Source of the DNA: Rhabdochlamydiaceae bacterium
GTDB taxonomy: Bacteria > Chlamydiota > Chlamydiia > Chlamydiales > Rhabdochlamydiaceae
DNA: 64,000 nt
Direction of reading: 5' to 3'
Assembly (NCBI GenBank): GCA_047459655.1
Contig: JAJREF010000005.1
Span: forward strand, 256,001-320,000
Part shown: in pieces, positions 57,334 to 64,000 of the stretch
How positions within the stretch are numbered: the stretch's first letter is position 1
How the letters are laid out: each line of letters begins with the position of its first letter
The notes under the pieces: generated by a model
Database searches by the model: none
The model's input: the letters and a program-made list of their open reading frames with translations, nothing else
What the model was told of the DNA's origin: nothing
Translations under genes and position numbers: made by a program

Positions 57334-58903
57334 TTATCCGACGCGTTGGATGGTGATAAGGACTTTGGGGTTTTTCTGATGGGAGAAAGAGGGATGGGCG
57401 GATGTTTTTTTTAAAATAGCTTCTGCTTGTCCTTGCGCAGAAAGAAGCACGTTTTCAGACAGAGCTTCAAATAGGAGGGTATCTAAAGAGGTGTCGAGGG
57501 AGTGAAGGGTTAAGGTATCTCCCACTTCCCAATTATCGCGGGTTTCAAAAAATTCTCGGTTCGCTTCTTTTCCTAAGAAAGGGTTAAGGTTGGAGAGTTT
57601 TTTGGATGCTCACTGCCTTGGGATGCCCGAATAAGACCTCCGAGGCCACAAGCAATGAAGAAAAGCTCATCGTTGAAGGGGTTAAGCATCAAAAAGGCAA
57701 GCCCGAATTGGCGTGCAATCGGATCTTCTCTTAAGAGGCGGTTGAGGGAGGCAGCAATGTTAGAGGGTCTTGAAAGAGTGTCTTTTTTTCTGCTAGTAAA
57801 GTTCTGATCATGCCTCGAAAAATGCCAATGAAAATGCTGTTATCGATCGTGGTCTCTGTTGTTTCTGCGATAAAAATCCCAAAAGAGTTATTGGAAAATC
57901 TAAAAAAATCAAAATAAGCGCCGACTTGTCCAGGCGCTTTGTATTTAGCAATGCCTAGCTCTATCTGGGGCCATGAAGGGAGTATCGAAGGAGAAAGAGA
58001 GAGGCTTGTGAGTTGAATTCTTTCTAGAAACTCTTTGAGCTGATCTGTTCCTGGGCGGTCTTTTTCTAGCCCTCCCGATTTTAGATACTGAGAGAGATCG
58101 GTGATGAAACTTAAGATATCGGGATAGCGCGCTGTCAAAGAGACGGCAAGAGCTTTTTCAATGATCGCACGTAGACCTTTAGGCACAAGGGAAAGGTGGA
58201 TGACTCCAAAACTGAGTTTGCCCATGGCTAATTCGTAGGCGATCACGCCCAGAGAATAGATGTCAGAGGCAAAGTTCATTTTTGTAGGCCCTTCTTTTTG
58301 CTCAGGGCTCATATAGCTAGGTGTGCCGGCGATTTTTGCATTTTTAGTAGATGTTTTTTTGAGTTCTTCTTTTAACCGAGCAATCCCAAAATCGATGACT
58401 TTTACTTCTCCATCTTCGGTGATGAGAATATTTTCTGGTTTTAAATCCCCATGGATGACTCCGTGAGAGTGGAGATGATAAAGTGCGTAGGCAACCTGCA
58501 GAATGATGTCGATGGAGCGCTTCAGAGAGAGGGAGTGTTGCGAGATAAACTGTCTGAGGGAGACCCCTCTAATAAATTCCATGGCAATGTACAGCCCACC
58601 TTCCCATTGTCCTTGGCCGTAGAGTTTTACAATGTTAGGATGGTTGGTCAGCGCGATGATCTTAGCTTCTTTTAAAAACCTTTCAATCATCTCAGAATTT
58701 TTAACATGCTTGGGGGAAAGGACTTTGATAACAAGTGTTTCTTTTGTATCAGGGTGGAATCCCAAATACAAAATGCTCATTCCTCCTTTGTTCAGTAGGC
58801 TTTCAATTCTATAAGGGCCAATGTAAGGGGGCAGCTCTACCCCTTTTTCTTTGGGAAGGGGAATGTCTGTGAGGGTGTCTTGTTTATAAAAAAATTTATC
58901 CAT
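57334..58903 (-). CDS. pkn5: Ser/Thr protein kinase Pkn5-like (frameshifted C-terminus)
   Basis: GGMS, VIKVL, HGDLKPEN, DFG, GTPSYMSPE; between sctQ and sctC as in Chlamydia. Confidence 0.88.
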
Positions 58904-59983
58904 GTATGTGGGAGATTCTTACTCCAATTGTATCTCCTAATTTCATCAGCTCTCCTTTTCCAACTTGCTCATTTTTTAGGATGATATTCACGCCGAGTTC
59001 AGGTTTAACAATAACATCCAGGAGATGTTCAGGTTTGAGCGCTAAGATGTTTTCTAGAGGCATACGGATGTGTTCTGCTTCGATGTCGATTTTGAAAGGA
59101 GATTGATCGCTCACTTCTTCTTGGGAAGGAAGGGGATTTTCACTATCTTCAGAATAAAAAATATAGTCTAGGATCTTAATGCCATCTGGCTTGATGCGTG
59201 CTTGGAGGATCGGTGTTCCTTCTAAATACATAAGGATAGAGCCTTTTTTTTCCTCAGGATCATAGGAGCACTTATCTAAGATCATATAATCACCGGGAGA
59301 GATGTTTTTCCACTCCTCTTGATCTAATGAAATAGAGCCCGTTTCCAATCTTAGGGTAAACTCTAAATGTTGGACGGCTTGTCTTTTGGAAAGAGGTGGT
59401 TTTTCAAAAGGTTGATGCGTTTTAAAGAGGTTTAAAAAAGAGTGGGGGATGACCATTCTTCCATAGATGGTTTTAGGATAAAAAGAGATCGCAACATCGA
59501 TGCAGAGGCATTCTTCTTGTGGAAGGGTTGGAGAGAAAGTCATCTTCGGAAGTAAATCTTTGAATATATTGAGGCCGTTAACCATTTCTAAGACTTCGAG
59601 CATGATAAATTGGTAATAACCTTCTTGTAACCTGGGGTCGAAGAATTTCTCTTTTTGTTGATCAGAGGTAAGGCATGCACTGGTTACATCACTGACGGCT
59701 TCGTGCGGGATCACCCAAAAAACAGATTGCTCTAAAGGGGATAGTTCGATGCCGATCACCAAGGGATGGCTCCCAATGCCCGATAGGCACTCTTCTGCAG
59801 GGCGCCATTCAGAAGATTGGGCAGTGAGTTTGAGATCTTTAAAACCAAGGGAAGATGAGATTTTACTCGCCGCTTCCTCCCAGGGAAAGGGAAACTATCT
59901 TCTACAACTGGCAACTTATTTGCTTTGGTTAATATCTGTTCAATTTTTTGCATCCATTGATCGTAGCTAGCTTTGTCAGGCAT
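58896..59983 (-). CDS. sctQ: T3SS sorting platform SctQ/CdsQ (frameshift near 59870)
   Basis: SpoA-like C-terminus GKGELMKLGDTIGVRI; operon position. Confidence 0.8.
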
Positions 59984-60982
59984 CTTGTCCTTCATCTTTT
60001 TCTTTTTTATCTTTAGTGCTCTCTTTTCTGTGGAAGTGGGGGCGCTCTGTTTTGAGTAAGCTTGCGTCTATACGGTTGACTTGAAAAGCATATTCTCCAT
60101 GTTTAAAGGCAGCTACAAGCCCTGCCATACTGTTACTAAACAAGGCGACTGTTTCAGCGTTGCCGAGAAATTCAATGTTGAAGCTCTTGGGAGCTGTGCT
60201 ATGTTCTCTGATCACGATTTTTGCTCCTGCAAATGTAGAAAATTCAGCAGCATTTAGCTCGATGGTGGTTTCTGAAATCCCTGATGTGTTCATTACAGAC
60301 ATAGAGCCTAGGAGTCTTTCAAAAAGGGCAAACATTTCCGGTTTTAAAGAGGCGTATGCAGGGGCAATTCCACTAGAAGAAGCAAGTAGGTTCGGTGTGT
60401 TCACAGGTGTTGAAGGCAAAGGCATTTGTACGGTTACCGGTTTTGGTTGTTGTTTTTTTGGAGTGTTTTTCGGTGTTGTTTGCTTAATTTCAAGTTCTCT
60501 TTCAGATTCTTCAATATCAAGAAGCTCATCGACAGGAACTGGTTCAGGAGGAGGAGACTTTTTAGAAGAGATAGCGTTATCTTGTTTATTGTTTTCTAAG
60601 GAAGAATCAAATGGTTTTTCTACTTTGGAAGGTTGGGAAATTGTCGTTGAGTCTGCTTCTATTTCTTCTGCTGTTTTCTTTTGTTGCTTTGGTTGCCTTT
60701 TTTCAGACTCTCCAGCTTTTTCGATTTTCTGTGTTTTTTTGGCAAAGCTGTCAAGCGATCCTGGTGGCGCTCTATGGATTTTTGATCCTTGGGATAAAGT
60801 GGTATCTGTTTTTTTCTTTTCTGCAGCTTCCGCACGTTGCTGTCTTTTCTTTCTTTGGTCAGGGTCTGTTTCATTGATTTTCATGAGATCGCCGAAGTTT
60901 TTTTCGGAGTTGCTTTCATGCCATCGTCACTAGAAGGGTCTGGAGAGCCACCTGCGCCAGGAACTTTTGTCACATTGACCAT
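59976..60982 (-). CDS. sctP: T3SS needle-length regulator SctP/CdsP-like (frameshifted 5' end)
   Basis: Low-complexity charged N-terminal half, T3S4-like C-terminus (IREHSTAPKSFNIEF); between sctO and sctQ. Confidence 0.65.
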
Positions 60983-60984
60983 AT

Positions 60985-61488
60985 TTATTTTTTCTTAGGT
61001 TTTTTTTTGAGCACATGCATAGCACTGCCAAGCTCATCTGTTTCTATTCCAGCTTGCCTGTTCAATTCATGCCCCACTTCTTTTTTCCATTCTTCATGAT
61101 GTATATTTAGCTTTTCAACATCTTTTTGTTTTTTAAAGAGGTTCTCTCTTGCAATGTCGACTTGTTTTTCAGCTAGCTCTACTTGTTTCTTTTGCTCTTT
61201 AACTTTTTCTTCTTCTGTTTTTAACTTTTCGTTGACGGTCTTCAGATATTCTCGCATAGCTTGAATTTTATCGGAAGTTGTTCCTTCGTCTAATTTTTCT
61301 CTTAGCTGTGTTAATTTAGCCATTTTATGTTCTTTCACTTCATCTCTTTTTTGCTCAAGTTGTACTAGTTTTTCCTCTTCTTTAGCTAAAAGTTGTTTTT
61401 TTTCTTTTAAAACCTTCTCAGCCTCGTCGAGTCGCCGTTTTTTAATGGAGGTAAGTTGAGATAAAGGGTATTTAGAATTTTCTTTCAT
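60985..61488 (-). CDS. sctO: T3SS stalk SctO/CdsO
   Basis: YPL.QL..IK..R coiled coil directly after the ATPase. Confidence 0.82.
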   Translation of the reverse strand: MKENSKYPLSQLTSIKKRRLDEAEKVLKEKKQLLAKEEEKLVQLEQKRDEVKEHKMAKLTQLREKLDEGTTSDKIQAMREYLKTVNEKLKTEEEKVKEQKKQVELAEKQVDIARENLFKKQKDVEKLNIHHEEWKKEVGHELNRQAGIETDELGSAMHVLKKKPKKK

Positions 61489-62800
61489 CTAAATAGCGCG
61501 CGTAATTGTTGGAGACTTTCTTCGAAAGAACATTTCTCATCGACGCCTTGTTTTAGAAATCGGTTCACTTTATCGATATATTTAATAGCAAAGTCTGCAT
61601 TCTTGTCTGACCCTGGCTTATATTCTCCAATACGGATTAGGAGCTCATTTTTTTTATAGTTAGAGAGAACCTCTCTAACTTTTCCTATGAGTTGAACATG
61701 CTCAGGAGTATCAATGTTATTCAAAACCCTGCTGATAGAATCACTGACATCAATCGCTGGGTAGTGATACTGGCGGACAAGTTCAGAGGATAGAACAATA
61801 TGACCGTCGAGAATAGATCGCACCTCATCTGCAACTGGCTCATTCATGTCATCGCCAGCAACGAGAACCGTATAAAATGCCGTGATCGATCCTTTATCAG
61901 AATTTCCTGAGCGTTCTAAAAGACGAGGAAGCATTGCAAACACAGAAGGTGTGTAACCAGCTCTTGCAGGAGGCTCTCCTGCTGCAAGACCAATTTCTCT
62001 CAGAGCTCGTGCAAAACGGGTCACTGAATCCATCATGAGAATAACGGTTTTGCCTTGATCGCGGAAGTACTCTGCAATGGCCGTTCCCACGTAGGCTGCA
62101 TTCAATCTTTTTGAGCAGCTTGATCAGAGGTAGAGACGATGATAACGGATCGTTTCAGCCCTTCTTCACCTAAATCATTTTCTATAAATTCTCTGACCTC
62201 TCTTCCCCTCTCACCGACAAGTGTAATAACGTTGACATCTGCAACGGCATACTTTGCGATCATTCCTAGAAGTGTTGACTTTCCAACGCCTGCCGCTGCA
62301 AATATACCTACACGTTGTCCTTTTCCCACAGACAGTACGCCATCGATGCAGCGAATACCCGTTGAAAGGGGCTCATTGATGATCGCTCTTGTTAAAGGAT
62401 CAGGTGGAGAGTTGATAACAGGATAGGATTCATCTAAAACAAGAGGCCCTTTTGTATCTTCATCTAAGGGATTACCAAGGCCATCTAAGATACGTCCTAG
62501 TAGCTGCGGTCCCACTTTGATCCGCATAGGGATCCGCATGGGAATCACTTCTGAAGAGGGGCCAATTCCCGACATCTCTCCTAGAGGAGAAAGCAATACC
62601 TCATCTTTTGTGAAGCCAACAACCTCTGCCATGAGGGGATCTCCCTCTCTTTTAATTAAGCAAACCTCACCCATCTTGACTTGGGGAACGATGGCGCGGA
62701 TGAGCATTCCTACAACTTCCGTAATCCTGCCATGAATCGTCGATAGCTCGAGATCTTCGAGTTGACTCATCAGTTTATCAAGTTGATTTTTAGGTTCCAT
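61485..62800 (-). CDS. sctN: T3SS ATPase SctN/CdsN (frameshift near 62105)
   Basis: [40 protein letters not shown]. Confidence 0.94.
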
Positions 62801-62925
62801 GAGAGTTCTAAGCTTTAATTATTAGACAAGGTGTAATAATGTAAAGATTATCCGAGACGGATATAGGACGCAAGAATAAAATAGCGAAAATTCTTTTACA
62901 AGAGAAGCTGCTGCCCAGACTTAAA

Positions 62926-63067
62926 GAACCTATCTCCAAAATAATCCCAAAAATTGACGAAACCCTATTATTGAGATAGGTTCTTCCGAGTATATATTGC
63001 CCTTGCGATTTTAATGAAAAATTGGCTCAAAAGAAACATACAATCGACAGAAACTTAATTACGCAAG
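62926..63067. repeat. Internally deleted family E element plus family F right end
   Basis: GAACCTATCTC...TTGAGATAGGTTC (62926-62983); AATCGACAGAAACTTAATTACGCAAGA (63042-63067). Confidence 0.7.
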
Positions 63068-63081
63068 ATATTTCCTGTATA

Positions 63082-63910
63082 AGACCTCTGCACAACTCTG
63101 GCAAATCGCTAAAATCGCGCTTTTTCTGCAGATTTTATTTTTCATAATCGAGTTAGGTGGGGCCTTACGGCCCCGACCTACGTGCGACCGGTATGTCGCT
63201 AAACTAGAGGGTGAAAGTCCCTTACGGGCTCTTGTAAGGAGAACCGTTAGAGAAGGCAAGGGTGTCCACCGCGAGGTGGAATCTGAAGAAAGCCGTATAC
63301 AAAATGCTGACCTGACGAACAGGAAGCGCATATGAGGCAGTGACTCTTGGATGAGAATGCGTAGAAATTCAAAGTCCAATACTTACATAGAAGGGTCCAT
63401 GTAGATGCGACAGGCTAGCAGGAAAGTGTTGTGAATTACCCGGTGAGATCTGCATTCATGCCCGACTATTACCCGACACAAGAGGGGAACGACGGAGCTA
63501 GCGGAGTCTCTGAGAGATGCCGTGAAAGGTGCAGAAGTCAGCAGACGGCATAGTAATTCGTCGAAAGACGATGAAGGCCTGAACATGAAAACGAAGGGAA
63601 GAATCTAACCCTCTATGGGAACAAGGGTCACAGAAACGAAAAGGCCAAAACAAAGGACTCAGGACGGAATCCTGTACCCCCTCTGTATGGTGTGATGGTT
63701 GACTGGACGGGAAAGAAATTCGAACCTACCTGGCTGGGAAGGATACTGTTGATGCGATGCATACAACAACAGGACGATCGGCTAGGTCATAGTGATCATG
63801 AACCGCCGTATACGGTCCCGTACGTACGGTGGTGTGCGAGGACGGGAGCCTAATGGCTCCCTCCTACGCGATTCGATTTTTTGTTTTTCCACCGTTGTGC
63901 AGAGGCTTCT
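63082..63910. mobile_element. Family D MITE (about 138 bp) interrupted by a group II intron
   Basis: Left end AGACCTCTGCACAAC, right end GTTGTGCAGAGG(CTTCT); central hairpin split by the intron. Confidence 0.8.
63182..63872 (+). ncRNA. ORF-less group II intron, class IIC-like
   Basis: 5' GTGCG; DI motifs GAGGTGGAATCTGAAG, GACGAACAGGAA; DIII GAAGTCAGCAGA..CATAGTA..GAAGGCCTGAAC; DV GAACCGCCGTATACGG.CCCGTACGTACGGTGGTGT (63800-63835, CGC triad); DVI ending CCTACGCGAT; no RT ORF. Confidence 0.92.
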
Positions 63911-64000
63911 TTAAGAAGGAACGGCGGTATTTCAACAATCACGCTCCTAAGCGGGATAGCTTAATCGCTTCACCAAATATAGCGACATGGCTGCCTTACA

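Noticed and set aside
60160..60933. 257-aa plus-strand ORF
   Set aside because: Antisense shadow of the low-complexity sctP-like gene
63059..63586. Minus-strand ORFs of 106 and 67 aa
   Set aside because: Antisense to the structured intron RNA, with no protein motifs
63146..63878. Intron target as an integron attC site
   Set aside because: No convincing RYYYAAC/GTTRRRY boxes, no integrase and no cassette array; the hairpin lies between MITE-like termini
63911..64000. Possible gene end at the window edge
   Set aside because: Too short to assign

Overview
Window from an environmental Chlamydiae (Chlamydiota) genome. The assignment is inferred from the cdsN-O-P-Q-pkn5-cdsC type III secretion cluster, chlamydial-type secA and pbp2, mcsA/mcsB, and the rpsB-tsf-pyrH-frr-tRNA order. 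Most genes are housekeeping, envelope or polysaccharide, and T3SS genes. Roughly 30 genes, including essential ones, carry single-base frameshifts, mostly in homopolymers. These most likely reflect uncorrected long-read errors rather than pseudogenisation. The intergenic DNA holds at least six families of 60-170 bp palindromic MITE/REP-like repeats, some nested, some supplying the 3' ends of genes, and many flanking accessory genes. The most striking element is a 691-nt ORF-less group IIC intron (63182-63872) inserted into the central hairpin of one of these MITEs. Its EBS1 matches the IBS1, and removing the intron restores the hairpin. Other points of interest are a very long T3SS secretin with about 10 tandem N3-like repeats, a RelE/HTH toxin-antitoxin module inside the T3SS cluster, a divergent Clp-like ATPase, a SpeD-like enzyme with a signal-peptide-like N-terminus, and Wza/Wzc-like export genes.
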